Assembly: GCA_965208655.1 (NCBI GenBank)
Contig: CBDBPJ010000007.1
Span: forward strand, 20,820-84,819
From: Gammaproteobacteria bacterium
GTDB lineage: Bacteria; Pseudomonadota; Gammaproteobacteria; Eutrophobiales; Eutrophobiaceae
Direction of reading: 5' to 3'
DNA: 64,000 nucleotides
The translations under genes were made by a program, and so were the position numbers. Under the pieces are notes generated by a model. The model was not told the origin of the DNA and searched no databases. It worked only from the letters and a program-made list of their open reading frames with translations. Below, piece by piece: positions 29,015-39,801 of the stretch (positions are counted from its first letter, which is position 1; the number at the start of each line of letters is the position of its first letter).

Positions 29015-31840
29015 TCAGAGGTTCTTTAATTTACTGATGCGCCCAAGCTGTTCGGCCAGTCTTTCCGCGGCTGCGTCCATGTCTGCCAGCTTATCCCGTT
29101 CCTTCTGCACGATTGCCGGGGGCGCTTTGTCTATGAAGTTCCGATTCTGCAGTTTCCCGCCCAGCCGCTCCCGGTCCGCCTTCAGCCGCGCCAGTTGCTT
29201 GTTTAATTTGTCGGTTTCGGCGGCGGGGTCGATCAAGTCGGCCAGCGGCACCATCAGTGTCATCGAACCGGCCTGGGCAGTTATCGCGTCAGCGGGTTCC
29301 AGGTCCACGCGCGCAATATCATTCACACTCGTCAACGCCTGAATCTGTTTGCTGTTTACATCCAGCCATGCCTGCTCCTTCCCGCTGCCGCCTTTGACTT
29401 TTATATCCAGCAGCTTCCTGGGTGCAATATCCCGCTCGGCCCTTATGCGCCGTACTCCCAGGATGAACGATTTCAGCCATTCCATCTCTGCAACAGCGCC
29501 GGCATTACCCGTGACGACTCCCTGCCATTCGGCCTGCGCGGTCAATTCCATGCCGATCATGCCGGCAATCTCCGCAGTTGAGGGATAGGCCTGCAACATG
29601 ATGGTCTCGCCGTGCCGGCCAAGCAGGGGGGCGACCTTCTGCCACAACTCCTCGGTGATGAAGGGTATGAAAGGGTGTAACAACCGCAGCAGTATTTCCA
29701 GGTTGCCCAGCAGGGTTTGGAGGGTGCCCCGTTGTTGCGCTTCGGAAGACTCCGGGTCATTCAGTGTCGTCTTCGATAATTCCACGTACCAGTCGCAATA
29801 GTCATCCCAGGTAAACTCGTACAGGGCCTGGGCCGCCAGGTCAAAACGGTAATCGGCAATTCCCCGGATAACCCGTTCGGTTGCCTGGCCCAGCCGTATG
29901 CCGATCCAGCGTTCCGCCGTCCCGTATTGTCCCTTGCCGGCATGGACGTCAAGGTCAGCCTGCGCAACACACAGCATGACAAACCGGGTCGCGTTCCAGA
30001 GTTTGTTGCAGAAGTTGCGATACCCCTGGATGCGGCCGGTGTCAAAACGGATGTCGCGTCCCTGGGTCGCGAGCTGGGCAAAAGTGAAGCGCAACGCATC
30101 CGTTCCGAACGCCGGTATACCATCAGGGAAGTGACTGCGCGTCGCTTTTTCAATCTTGTTCTGTAACTGGGGCTGCATCAGGTTGGCCGTCTGTTTTTCA
30201 ACCAGTGCTTCCAGCCTGATGCCGTCAATGAGATCCAGCGGGTCCAGGATATTGCCCTTGGACTTGGACATCTTCTGGCCTTCGGAATCCCGCACCAGGC
30301 CGGTTACGTACACCTCCCGGAACGGGACGTCACCCATGAACTTCAGACCCATCATGATCATCCTGGCGACCCAGAAGAAAATGATGTCGAAACCGGTCAC
30401 CAGGACGCTGGTGGGGTAGAAGCGTTCAAGTTCCCCGGTCCGTTCCGGCCAGCCCAGGGTGGAGAAGGGCCACAGCGCGGATGAAAACCAGGTATCGAGC
30501 ACATCCGGGTCGCGCGTCAATTCGACCGCATCGTCGAGCCGGTATTTTTTGCGCACTTGGGCCTCGTCCGTGCCAACGTAGATATTTTTGTCAGAGTCGT
30601 ACCAGGCGGGAATCCGGTGTCCCCACCATAGCTGGCGGGAGATGCACCAGTCGTTGATGTTGTGCATCCACTCGAAGTAGGTCTTGGACCAGTTATCCGG
30701 GACAAAGCGGATTGCGCCGCTTTCCATGGCGGCTATGGCCGGTTCCGCCAGCGGCTGGATTTTTACGTACCACTGGTCCGTCAGGTAGGGCTCGACAACC
30801 GCACCGGACCGGTCACCCCGGGGCACCACGTGGGCGTGATCCTCGATTTTGTCGATCAGGTCCAGGGATTGCAGGTCCCGGACAATCTGGCGGCGCGCAT
30901 CGTAGCGGTCCATCCCCTGGTAAGCGGCGGGGCCGTTCTCGTTGATGGCGGCGTCGATGGTGAAGATATTCAACAGCGGCAGGTCGTGCCGCTGGCCCAT
31001 TTCGTAATCGTTGAAATCATGGGCCGGCGTGATCTTGACGCAACCGGTACCGAATTCCGGGTCGACGTGGTTGTCGGCAATAACCGGGATGGTGCGGCCC
31101 GTCAAGGGCAGTTCCAGCGTCCGCCCGACCAGGTCCCGGTAGCGGGCATCGTCCGGGTGCACGGCCACCGCGCTATCCCCCAGCATGGTTTCAGGGCGCG
31201 TAGTCGCCACTACCACGTTGCCGTCGCCGTTACTGCGCGGGTAGCGTAGGTGCCAGAGATGCCCCTGTTCTTCCTGCGCCAGCACCTCCAGGTCGGAGAC
31301 GGCCGTGTGCAGCACAGGGTCCCAGTTGACCAGCCGTTTTCCCCGGTAGATAAGCCCTTCGTCATAAAGGCGGATAAATACTTCCTGCACTGCATGAGAC
31401 AGGCCGGCATCCATGGTGAAGCGTTCCCTGGTCCAGTCCATGGATGTGCCCAGGCGCCGGGACTGGCGGGTTATGGTATTGCCGGAATGTTCCTTCCAGT
31501 CCCACACCGCACCGATAAATTTTTCCCGTCCCAGTTCCAGACGTGAAAGTCCCCGGCTTTCCAGTTGCCGTTCCACCACCATTTGCGTGGCGATGCCGGC
31601 ATGGTCCGTTCCGCATTGCCATAACGTGTCGGCCCCGCGCATGCGCTGGTAACGTATCAATATGTCCATCAGGGTCTGCTGGAATGCATGCCCCATGTGC
31701 AGGCTGCCGGTCACGTTGGGGGGCGGCAGGGCAATACTGTAGGAACCGGTCCCGCCCCGGGGCTTGAAATATCCCCGCTGTTCCCAGGTGTCATACCACA
31801 GGGATTCTATGCGGTGCGGGTTGTAGGTCTTTTCCATCAT
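29015..31840 (-). CDS. valS: Valine--tRNA ligase
   Basis: 941 aa with the HIGH-type motif ([12 protein letters not shown]), KMSKS and a C-terminal coiled coil. Confidence 0.95.
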   Translation of the reverse strand: MMEKTYNPHRIESLWYDTWEQRGYFKPRGGTGSYSIALPPPNVTGSLHMGHAFQQTLMDILIRYQRMRGADTLWQCGTDHAGIATQMVVERQLESRGLSRLELGREKFIGAVWDWKEHSGNTITRQSRRLGTSMDWTRERFTMDAGLSHAVQEVFIRLYDEGLIYRGKRLVNWDPVLHTAVSDLEVLAQEEQGHLWHLRYPRSNGDGNVVVATTRPETMLGDSAVAVHPDDARYRDLVGRTLELPLTGRTIPVIADNHVDPEFGTGCVKITPAHDFNDYEMGQRHDLPLLNIFTIDAAINENGPAAYQGMDRYDARRQIVRDLQSLDLIDKIEDHAHVVPRGDRSGAVVEPYLTDQWYVKIQPLAEPAIAAMESGAIRFVPDNWSKTYFEWMHNINDWCISRQLWWGHRIPAWYDSDKNIYVGTDEAQVRKKYRLDDAVELTRDPDVLDTWFSSALWPFSTLGWPERTGELERFYPTSVLVTGFDIIFFWVARMIMMGLKFMGDVPFREVYVTGLVRDSEGQKMSKSKGNILDPLDLIDGIRLEALVEKQTANLMQPQLQNKIEKATRSHFPDGIPAFGTDALRFTFAQLATQGRDIRFDTGRIQGYRNFCNKLWNATRFVMLCVAQADLDVHAGKGQYGTAERWIGIRLGQATERVIRGIADYRFDLAAQALYEFTWDDYCDWYVELSKTTLNDPESSEAQQRGTLQTLLGNLEILLRLLHPFIPFITEELWQKVAPLLGRHGETIMLQAYPSTAEIAGMIGMELTAQAEWQGVVTGNAGAVAEMEWLKSFILGVRRIRAERDIAPRKLLDIKVKGGSGKEQAWLDVNSKQIQALTSVNDIARVDLEPADAITAQAGSMTLMVPLADLIDPAAETDKLNKQLARLKADRERLGGKLQNRNFIDKAPPAIVQKERDKLADMDAAAERLAEQLGRISKLKNL

Positions 31841-32174
31841 TCCAAAGGGACGGACTACAAGTCCGTCCCCGGGTCAGCGCTCATCGTTCGTGATCCCGGG
31901 TAACCTTTATCATGCGTCGCCGGCAACGTCAGAGGTCAGGGCAGACGGATCTGCAGTTTCATCGAGTACCGGGACGTTTTTCTCAAACAGGGTGAAGGTC
32001 TGGTCAAGCGCCGGGATACTGTCATCAAGCGCATTTCCGGCGACTTCCTGCTGCAGCACGGGGATGCCGGCTTGCGCGACCTCTTCCGTCAGTTCAGGAC
32101 TGTGTCGCGGTTTTTTCGTGCCGTCATTAGCGGACGGCGCAGTATTACTGCCCGGCGGGTCGCGGCGCCCGGTG

Positions 32175-32612
32175 TCAGGCATGGGCCGACTCGACATTAT
32201 GGCTGTGCATTTCCAGCCCCCTGGCACGGTAATCCTTGTAGCGCAGCCTGGCCCGGCTACGTTCGTCCGGATCGGACGGCACGATCTCGATAATGCGCTC
32301 ATAATTTTCCGCCTGCACAGGCACGGCGCCGGACAGGTTGATCAGGACCTGGCGCTGTTGCAGTGCTTCGCCCTCCCAGCCGATGACTATCGGGCTGTGC
32401 TCTGCGGCATCCCCGGAATCAACCGGCGCGTGGGGCAGGAAGCTGATATCCCTGAATGTCCACAGCAGGTCATCGATGGTCGCCGCAGCTTCCCTGGTGG
32501 CGGCGTGGATATAGATATCGCAGCCTTCTTTCCTGGCTGTTTCTGCAATCTGGCAAACGTAGCGGTAAGGTATGGACGACTCGGCGACGATATAAAAGTC
32601 GGCTCTGGGCAT
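32175..32612 (-). CDS. holC: DNA polymerase III chi subunit
   Basis: 145 aa. MPRADFYIV...is HolC-like. It lies between pepA and valS, as in E. coli. Confidence 0.8.
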   Translation of the reverse strand: MPRADFYIVAESSIPYRYVCQIAETARKEGCDIYIHAATREAAATIDDLLWTFRDISFLPHAPVDSGDAAEHSPIVIGWEGEALQQRQVLINLSGAVPVQAENYERIIEIVPSDPDERSRARLRYKDYRARGLEMHSHNVESAHA

Positions 32613-32627
32613 GGTCTTTGCCGGTGT

Positions 32628-34124
32628 CTAGTCTTGCTGCTCGTATTGCTGGATCAGGTACTGGACCAGCAGCGGGACCGGGCGTCCTGTTGCGCACTTG
32701 TTTTTCCCGCTCACCCAGGCAGTCCCGGCGATATCAAGATGCGCCCATTGGTATTGTTTTGCGAACTTGGCCAGAAAACAGGCGGCAGTGATTGTCCCGG
32801 CCTCACGCCCGCCTATGTTTGCCATGTCGGCAAACGGGCTTTCCAGCTGTTTTTCGTATTCATCCCAGATCGGCAGTTGCCAGGCCCGGTCCCCGGCTGT
32901 CTGTCCCGCCTGCAAGAGATCGGCCGCGAGCGGATCATGGTTGCTCAGGAGTCCAGTGGCGTGTTTGCCCAGGGCTACCACGCAGGCGCCGGTGAGTGTG
33001 GCAATATCGATCACTACGGCCGGTTCAAACCGCTTGCTGTAAGTCAGGGCATCGCACAGTATCAGGCGGCCCTCGGCATCCGTGTTCAATACTTCTATGG
33101 TCTGGCCGGACATGCTGGTAAAGACATCGCCGGGTTTGGTCGCAGTGCCGCTGGGCATGTTCTCTACCGCCGGGGTCACGCCCACCAGGTTGATGGGCAG
33201 TTCCATCCCGGCAACCGCGGCGACCGCGCCGAATACCGACGCAGCGCCGCACATGTCGAATTTCATCTCGTCCATTGCCGACGAGGGTTTGATTGATATT
33301 CCCCCGGTGTCAAAGGTGACGCCTTTCCCCACCAGGACCACGGGCTTGCTGCCGTTCCCTGCACCCTGGTAGCGGAAGATAATCAGTTTTGCCGGCTGGG
33401 CGCTGCCCTGCGATACGGACAGCAGGGAGTGCATGCCCAGTTCTTCCATTTCCTGTTCCTCGACAACCGTCACCTCAACGGATGTAAACGCGTTACCGAG
33501 TTCTTCAGCCTGTTCGGCGAGATAAGTCGGCGTACAGGCGTTGGCGGGCCGGTTGCCCAGGTCGCGCGCCAGCTTGACGCCCGCGGCCAGCGCAACACCT
33601 CTTGAGAGCGCGGATCCGCATTGGGCCAGTTCTTCCCGGGGGACCATCAGGGTTATCTTGCGCAGGGTTTTTTTGCTGTCTTTCTTTGCGCTCTTGAAGT
33701 CTTTGAACTGGTAGAGTTCGTGATCCGTGAACTGCACCGCGTACTGTATTTTCCAGCGGTAATCCCGGTCTTTCACATCCAGGCCGGGGATGTAACTGAC
33801 CGCTTCACGCGCGCCGGTCTGTTTTATCTGCCTGATGCTGTTAACGACGATTTTCCGGTACTGCCTGTGATCCAGGTCAGCCTCTTTGCCGCAGCCGACC
33901 AGCAGCACCCGCTCAGCCGGGATACCGGGCACATTGTGCAATAGCAGGGACTGGCCGATTTTCCCGTCCATATCGCCCTTGCGCAGCAGGTTTGACAGGT
34001 ACTTGTCGCCGGCGTCATCTATGGCCTGCGCCGCGGGTGTCAATTTGCGCGACTCATGCACCCCTGCCACCAGGCATGCACTGCGCTGTTTTTCGGGACT
34101 TCTGCTTTTAATGTGGAATTCCAT
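32628..34124 (-). CDS. pepA: Leucyl aminopeptidase (M17)
   Basis: 498 aa with the NTDAEGRL motif and M17 family conservation. Confidence 0.9.
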   Translation of the reverse strand: MEFHIKSRSPEKQRSACLVAGVHESRKLTPAAQAIDDAGDKYLSNLLRKGDMDGKIGQSLLLHNVPGIPAERVLLVGCGKEADLDHRQYRKIVVNSIRQIKQTGAREAVSYIPGLDVKDRDYRWKIQYAVQFTDHELYQFKDFKSAKKDSKKTLRKITLMVPREELAQCGSALSRGVALAAGVKLARDLGNRPANACTPTYLAEQAEELGNAFTSVEVTVVEEQEMEELGMHSLLSVSQGSAQPAKLIIFRYQGAGNGSKPVVLVGKGVTFDTGGISIKPSSAMDEMKFDMCGAASVFGAVAAVAGMELPINLVGVTPAVENMPSGTATKPGDVFTSMSGQTIEVLNTDAEGRLILCDALTYSKRFEPAVVIDIATLTGACVVALGKHATGLLSNHDPLAADLLQAGQTAGDRAWQLPIWDEYEKQLESPFADMANIGGREAGTITAACFLAKFAKQYQWAHLDIAGTAWVSGKNKCATGRPVPLLVQYLIQQYEQQD

Positions 34125-34218
34125 GATATTCTGTGCGCTGTGTGTGTGAAAAAATCAGGTGATGAATATTATCTGATAACCGGCATCAAAACCAGCCATG
34201 TTATTTACTTCGTGCTAA

Positions 34219-35316
34219 ATGATCCTGCGACGTTATATTCATAGAGAAATAGTTGAGAAACTCGGCTGGATCATCGGCCTTCTGTTGCTGATTATTACCA
34301 GCAACCGTTTTGTCAGATACCTGGCAGATGCCGCGGCAGGGACGTTTCCTACCGACCTGGTGTTCCAGACGTTACTCATGAAAATGCTGACTACGCTGCC
34401 GAAGCTGATGCCCATCGCCGTATTCCTGGCGGTCATTCTCGGGTTGTCAAGACTGGCCCGTGACAAGGAATTGACCGCGCTGTCGGTATCCGGCGGCGCG
34501 CGCAGGGTTGAACTCGTATCGGTGTTGCAGTTTGCCTTCATGTTTTCCCTGATTGTATTTGCCACCAGTTTTTATATTTCGCCCTGGGCCGCGCAAAATA
34601 CGGCAGAACTTCGGGCAAGGGCTGAACAGGAAACGGATACGGCCGGCATCGGGGCAGGTAAATTTACCGAGATGAGCAAGGGAGAGCAGGTCATCTATAT
34701 AGAGCAGTCATCCGGCGACGGAAACCGGATGGACAATGTTTTTCTGCAGGCCAAGCAGGGCCGGCAGACCAGTGTGATAAATTCCAGCAGCGCACGTTAC
34801 CGGCACGTGGACTCTTCCGGCGATAAGTTCATCCTGTTCGAGGACGGCCGGCGTTATACAGGCGCATCGGACTCGCTGGACTACCGTATCACCCGCTACA
34901 AGACTTACGCGGTCCTGGTAGAGCAGAACGATGAAGCGAGAGAATTCGTCAAGCTGGAGTCAGTGCCTACGTCGACGTTACTGGGTTCCGACAGCCCGAA
35001 ACACGAGGCCGAGTTACAGTGGCGACTCTCGTTTGTCATATCATCCCTGTTGCTGCCCGCGCTGGCGGTCGCCCTGAGTCGTTATTCGTTCAGCGAACAG
35101 AAGTACCTGTCCGCATTTGTCGCGGTACTGATCTATGTGATTTACAGCAATATGCTGGGCGTCGCGAAAACCCTGTTGAAAAGAGATGAGATTCCGGGAT
35201 ACATCGGTTTATGGTGGGTGCACCTGGCGTTGCTCGTACTGATCTTCCTGATGTTCCAGTTTCCGAAGTTCAGGTTGAGGATGAAGCAATTCAGCACCGG
35301 GCCGGTTGCCGGGTAA
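34219..35316 (+). CDS. lptF: LPS export ABC permease LptF
   Basis: 365 aa. MILRRYIHREIVEKLGWI is an LptF start. It is divergent from pepA. Confidence 0.85.
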   Translation: MILRRYIHREIVEKLGWIIGLLLLIITSNRFVRYLADAAAGTFPTDLVFQTLLMKMLTTLPKLMPIAVFLAVILGLSRLARDKELTALSVSGGARRVELVSVLQFAFMFSLIVFATSFYISPWAAQNTAELRARAEQETDTAGIGAGKFTEMSKGEQVIYIEQSSGDGNRMDNVFLQAKQGRQTSVINSSSARYRHVDSSGDKFILFEDGRRYTGASDSLDYRITRYKTYAVLVEQNDEAREFVKLESVPTSTLLGSDSPKHEAELQWRLSFVISSLLLPALAVALSRYSFSEQKYLSAFVAVLIYVIYSNMLGVAKTLLKRDEIPGYIGLWWVHLALLVLIFLMFQFPKFRLRMKQFSTGPVAG

Positions 35317-35338
35317 TCGATTAGCGGACCGCGGGCTC

Positions 35339-36634
35339 ATGAAAATTATACAGCGGTATTTTATCCTCAACCTGGTCTGGACCACTTTTCTCAGCCTGGC
35401 GGTCCTGGTCGGGATATTTGCGTTCCTGTCGCTCATCGACCAGCTTGAAGATTCCGGGCAGGGAAATTACGGCACGTACCAGGCGGTCATTTACGTGCTT
35501 CTGACCCTGCCGCGCCTGGCCTATGAAATCATTCCGATCGCGGCGATGATCGGAGGCATGACGAGTCTTGCGTTACTGGCCAGAAACAGTGAACTCGACG
35601 TGATCAGGCTTTCCGGCGTCTCGGAATATTCCCTTGCCGTGCTGATGGGAAAATCAGCCCTGGTCATCGTATTGTTCTCAATCTTCGTCGGCGAGTTCGT
35701 CGTGCCGGCCAGCGAAAAAAAAGCCAGGTATCAACGGTCCATCGCCCTGACTGAGCAGGTCGCCATGAGGACAAAATACGGTTTCTGGGCAAGGGATGGA
35801 AACAGTTTCATCAATATCCGCAAAATCCTGCCCGGGAATGTAATCGAGGACATATATATCTACGAGTTTGATGATCAGGACCGGTTGCGCAACAGTATTT
35901 TTGCGAATAATGCGCGCTATGTCGATGACAGGTGGGTGCTCGAGGAGGTGGAAAGGACAGTTTTTGACGGTAGCGGGGTCACGCGGGAGCAATACCGGAG
36001 GGCAGCCTGGGAGTCATGGGTCAATGACGACCTGATCAACCTTGTCATCATCAACCCCTTGTACATGTCCATATGGAACCTGTCCAACAGCATCCGGGTG
36101 TTAAAATCGAACTCACAAAACACGGATTCCTACGAGCAGGCCTTTTACGCAAAACTGATCAGGCCATTCACAATCGTCGCCATGATTGTCCTTTCCATCC
36201 CGCTGGTTGCCGCGCGCCACCGCAAAGGCGGGTTGGGACAACATGCTTTCAGCGGTGCGCTGATAGGCGTGATTTTCTATTTTATAAACTCTGCATCCGG
36301 TCACGTCGGCATAGTCTACGGCGTTCATCCGTTCATCAGCGCGGCTATTCCGACCCTGGTGCTGTTCCTGGTTTTATTCTGGTTGTTTTTCCGGCAACAA
36401 CCAGCGCTGTTCCCGAAAACCGATCATGGAATGCCAGCCGTTCCTTATCAAACAAGACCCAGAGAAACCCAGCTCCAAATCCAGCTAAAGACACGCCGGC
36501 AAGCAAAAACCGCAGTGTCAGCTTTTTCCAGCCGGGTTGAACGCAGTCCGGGGTTGTTAAGTAGATATGCCAGGCGCGCATTCCAAGGGTTTGCCGTCCT
36601 TTTTTCCATTGCCAGACGAAATAGAAATAAGTGA
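35339..36634 (+). CDS. lptG: LPS export ABC permease LptG with an unusual ~75 aa Arg-rich C-terminal extension
   Basis: It starts MKIIQRYFILNLVWTT, like LptG. The frame stays open well past the usual LptG end (~355 aa). It overlaps the convergent RDD gene by 290 nt. Confidence 0.75.
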   Translation: MKIIQRYFILNLVWTTFLSLAVLVGIFAFLSLIDQLEDSGQGNYGTYQAVIYVLLTLPRLAYEIIPIAAMIGGMTSLALLARNSELDVIRLSGVSEYSLAVLMGKSALVIVLFSIFVGEFVVPASEKKARYQRSIALTEQVAMRTKYGFWARDGNSFINIRKILPGNVIEDIYIYEFDDQDRLRNSIFANNARYVDDRWVLEEVERTVFDGSGVTREQYRRAAWESWVNDDLINLVIINPLYMSIWNLSNSIRVLKSNSQNTDSYEQAFYAKLIRPFTIVAMIVLSIPLVAARHRKGGLGQHAFSGALIGVIFYFINSASGHVGIVYGVHPFISAAIPTLVLFLVLFWLFFRQQPALFPKTDHGMPAVPYQTRPRETQLQIQLKTRRQAKTAVSAFSSRVERSPGLLSRYARRAFQGFAVLFSIARRNRNK

Positions 36635-36821
36635 CCAGCAGCAGGTATGCGGAGTACAACAGGTTGCCTGCGGCAAAGGCCTGCCCGCCGGCAACGGGAA
36701 GCGCCAGGACGGTAGCAAGAAACAGCACGGACAACAGCAGAAAGCAGTCATAAAGCATGGCCGCCAGCCTGCGCCACAGGCCTGCAGGCCCGCTTCCGTT
36801 TATTACCACTTGTGTCCGCAT
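36345..36821 (-). CDS. RDD-family membrane protein
   Basis: 158 aa. RRLAAMLYDCFLLLSVLFL is the RDD motif region, with three transmembrane segments. Confidence 0.55.
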   Translation of the reverse strand: MRTQVVINGSGPAGLWRRLAAMLYDCFLLLSVLFLATVLALPVAGGQAFAAGNLLYSAYLLLVTYFYFVWQWKKGRQTLGMRAWHIYLTTPDCVQPGWKKLTLRFLLAGVSLAGFGAGFLWVLFDKERLAFHDRFSGTALVVAGKTTRIKPGTAPGSE

Positions 36822-36913
36822 TACGATATACTGTGGAAATATCTTGGATAGAATCCATTTTCTGTATGTCTAAGGATAAACGGGTTTTAACCAGGTGAGG
36901 TAATTATAGAGCC

Positions 36914-37864
36914 ATGCCTTTGAAAATGCTGTCTCACCGAGTACTGTTTCCCGTATGCTTTTCCATACTTGCATATTTTGCCGGGACAACGTTCCTTATG
37001 GCATCCCCTACCGTGTCGGAAACCGCCATTCCGGGCAGGCTGGTGGATATCGGCGGTTACCGGTTACATATATATTGCCAAGGCAACGGGATGCCCACCA
37101 TTATTTTCGATTCGGGAACGGGCGGCTTCTCGCTTGAATGGACCAGGGTACAGAAAGTCCTGTCGCGCCGGACCCGGGTATGCTCGTACGACCGTGCGGG
37201 CTACGGCTGGAGCGATCTGGGACCGCTGCCAAGGACCAGCGAGCGTATCACCCGGGAGTTGCATACATTGCTGGGAAAGGCTGAAGTGAACGGCCCCTAC
37301 ATCCTTGCCGGGCATTCATTCGGTGGTTACAACGCGCAATTGTTCGCCAGAAATTACCCTGAGGAGACGGCGGGTCTTGTCCTGATCGATGCATCTCATC
37401 CGGAACAGATAGCGCGGTTCCCAAGCCGGGAACCGAAAATCCGCCAGCAGGTGCGGCCGGGGTCGCACACCCATCATATTTTCAGGCTTCTCCTGCATCC
37501 CGACTATCCTGAAGAAAATATGCTGACGGCTCACCGCATCATTCAAAGCTGGCATCACAGGCTGACCTGGCGCGAAGAAATGAATGTATTTACCCTGAGC
37601 GCAAAACAGGTGCTGGCTTCCAGGCCGATGCCGGCCGTGCCCGTTGTCGTGCTCACCCGCGGCCGGCGCGTCTGGCCGCATGACGCCCATGGTAATGAAA
37701 TGGAGCGGGTCTGGATGGAACTGCAGGATGAACTGTCCCAGCTCGGCGCTAACCCGGTGCACCTGATTGCGGAGCGTAGCGGCCACATGATCCACCTGGA
37801 ACAACCGGGGATTGTCATCAACGCCATGCAGACCATGCTGGATGCCAATTTCTCCGGGGAATAA
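36914..37864 (+). CDS. Alpha/beta-hydrolase-fold protein (secreted)
   Basis: 316 aa with a signal peptide and the GHSFGG nucleophile elbow. Confidence 0.7.
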   Translation: MPLKMLSHRVLFPVCFSILAYFAGTTFLMASPTVSETAIPGRLVDIGGYRLHIYCQGNGMPTIIFDSGTGGFSLEWTRVQKVLSRRTRVCSYDRAGYGWSDLGPLPRTSERITRELHTLLGKAEVNGPYILAGHSFGGYNAQLFARNYPEETAGLVLIDASHPEQIARFPSREPKIRQQVRPGSHTHHIFRLLLHPDYPEENMLTAHRIIQSWHHRLTWREEMNVFTLSAKQVLASRPMPAVPVVVLTRGRRVWPHDAHGNEMERVWMELQDELSQLGANPVHLIAERSGHMIHLEQPGIVINAMQTMLDANFSGE

Positions 37865-37910
37865 CGGGTGAAAAAGAGGAAACACATCCCTGTCTCCGAC
37901 TTTTGATTTG

Positions 37911-37983
37911 CGCTCCCTAGGGGAATCGAACCCCTGTTTCCGGCGTGAGAGGCCAGCGTCCTGGGCCACTAGACGAAGGGAGC
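37911..37983 (-). tRNA. tRNA-Glu (anticodon CUC)
   Basis: The reverse complement GCTCCCTTCGTCTAGTGGCCCAGGACGCTGGCCTCTCACGCCGGAAACAGGGGTTCGATTCCCCTAGGGAGCG folds as a cloverleaf. It is near-identical in architecture to E. coli tRNA-Glu. The anticodon loop is CUCUCAC. Confidence 0.8.
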
Positions 37984-38007
37984 ATCTTCATTCCGATATT
38001 ATATTAA

Positions 38008-39312
38008 GTGATGAATAAAAGCCACGATAAAGTCGTCTACCTGAACCGCGAACCCGCAATCATTCCTAGCACGGAACACAACATAACCAGGGACTCTATC
38101 AGTGCCAGTGCGCTGAAAGTTTTGTACCGTCTGAAAAATGCAGGATTCGCCGCTTACCTGGTGGGGGGGAGCGTGCGCGACCTGCTGCTGGGCCGTGAAC
38201 CGAAGGACTTTGACGTGGCGACGGATGCCACTCCTGAACAAATACGGGAACTGTTCCGCAACAGCCGGTTGATTGGACGGCGATTCCGGCTCGCCCATGT
38301 TCACTACGGCGAAGAAATTGTCGAAGTGTCGACTTTTCGCGCCCCCCACCGTATCGATACCAGTGCAGGACATGCCGTCGATGGCCGGATCATCCGTGAC
38401 AACGTTTACGGCGGTATAGATGATGATGTCTGGCGGCGTGATTTCACCGTAAATGCGTTGTACTACAATATTGCGGACGACGCCGTGGTCGACTACGTCG
38501 ATGGTATGCGGGATATCAAATCCTGCTATATAAGGCTGATCGGCGACCCCCGTCAGCGCTTTACCGAAGACCCGGTGCGACTGTTGCGCGCAGTGCGCTT
38601 CGCTACCAAGCTGGGATTCCGGATCAGCGCTGATACGGAGAGGTGTCTCTCCGACCTGGCGCCGTCACTGGGCGGCATCGCCCCTGCGCGTTTGTTCGAG
38701 GAAGTCCTGAAAATGTTTTTTAACGGTTGTGCTCTGCAAACGTTTGAACAGTTGCGGCATTACCGGATGTTCGGTGAACTGTTTCCGCAGACTGAAGAGG
38801 CGCTGGCACACCAGTACGGCGGGTTTCCCCACACGTTTGTCGTCAACGCGCTACGCAATACCGATAACCGCCTGGCAGAAAACAAACCTGTTACGCCCGG
38901 GTTTCTCCTGGCTGCCTTGTTATGGATACCCATGGACAGGCTGGCCCGGGACAACATCGCCCAGGGTCTGAAAGAAATGGAGGCTATCATGCTGGCCGGC
39001 GATATCGTCATATCCAAACAAACCCGCAGCACCGCCATGCCGCGACGTTTTACCCAGCTTGCGCGGGAGATCTGGCAGTTGCAGCCACGCCTGGCCCGGA
39101 GTGTAAACCGGCGCCCGCACCGGTTGGTGCAACATCCGCGCTTCAGGGCCGCCTATGATTTTTTATTGTTGCGTGCAGAATCAGGGGAGGAGGTTACCGA
39201 ACTGGCGGACTGGTGGACGGCGTTTCAACAGGACAATCCTGCAACAAAGGGCCATTCCAGAGACAAGCATAACAGCCGCAGGAGGCACAGAAGGCGTCAA
39301 AGGCAGAGTTGA
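38008..39312 (+). CDS. pcnB: Poly(A) polymerase I
   Basis: 434 aa with the nucleotidyltransferase motif (LVGGSVRDLLLG...DFDVAT). It is followed by folK, as in E. coli. Confidence 0.9.
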   Translation: MMNKSHDKVVYLNREPAIIPSTEHNITRDSISASALKVLYRLKNAGFAAYLVGGSVRDLLLGREPKDFDVATDATPEQIRELFRNSRLIGRRFRLAHVHYGEEIVEVSTFRAPHRIDTSAGHAVDGRIIRDNVYGGIDDDVWRRDFTVNALYYNIADDAVVDYVDGMRDIKSCYIRLIGDPRQRFTEDPVRLLRAVRFATKLGFRISADTERCLSDLAPSLGGIAPARLFEEVLKMFFNGCALQTFEQLRHYRMFGELFPQTEEALAHQYGGFPHTFVVNALRNTDNRLAENKPVTPGFLLAALLWIPMDRLARDNIAQGLKEMEAIMLAGDIVISKQTRSTAMPRRFTQLAREIWQLQPRLARSVNRRPHRLVQHPRFRAAYDFLLLRAESGEEVTELADWWTAFQQDNPATKGHSRDKHNSRRRHRRRQRQS

Positions 39313-39788
39313 TGGAAAGTTATATCGGGTTGGGGAGTAACCTGGGCGACCCCGAAACGCAGTTGACTTCTGCCCTGGCGGCGCTGAACGGACTCCCGGA
39401 TACCGACCTGGTGCGCTGTTCTTCGTTCTACAGGAGCAAACCGCTCGGCCCGGGCGATCAGCCGGATTTCATAAACGCAGTGGCGTTGCTGGATTCCGGT
39501 TTAACGGCAAACGCGCTCCTGGCCCGGTTACAGTCGATTGAATACAGGCAGGGACGAGTCCGGGGCGGAATACAATGGGGGCCGCGCACTCTTGATCTTG
39601 ATGTGTTACTGTATGGTGCCGAGATCATCGATGAACCCGGACTGATTGTGCCGCATCCTGAAATGAGACACAGGAATTTTGTATTGATACCATTGCTTGA
39701 ACTGGCGCCGGATATCGAAATTCCGGGTCTCGGCAGGGCTGATAAACTTCTGGCCGATACGGGCCGGGCGGGTATTACAAAGCTGTGA
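39309..39788 (+). CDS. folK: 6-hydroxymethyl-7,8-dihydropterin pyrophosphokinase
   Basis: 159 aa. IGLGSNLGDP...RWGPRTLDLDVLLYG are HPPK motifs. Confidence 0.9.
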   Translation: MMESYIGLGSNLGDPETQLTSALAALNGLPDTDLVRCSSFYRSKPLGPGDQPDFINAVALLDSGLTANALLARLQSIEYRQGRVRGGIQWGPRTLDLDVLLYGAEIIDEPGLIVPHPEMRHRNFVLIPLLELAPDIEIPGLGRADKLLADTGRAGITKL

Positions 39789-39801
39789 AGATTCAACGTA
39801 G

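Noticed and set aside
31910-32180. Acidic ~90 aa ORF between holC and valS (MPDTGRRDPPGSNTAPSANDG…).
   Set aside because: Low-complexity and not conserved-looking, with no RBS context examined. It could be a real small acidic protein, but nothing in the sequence supports a call.
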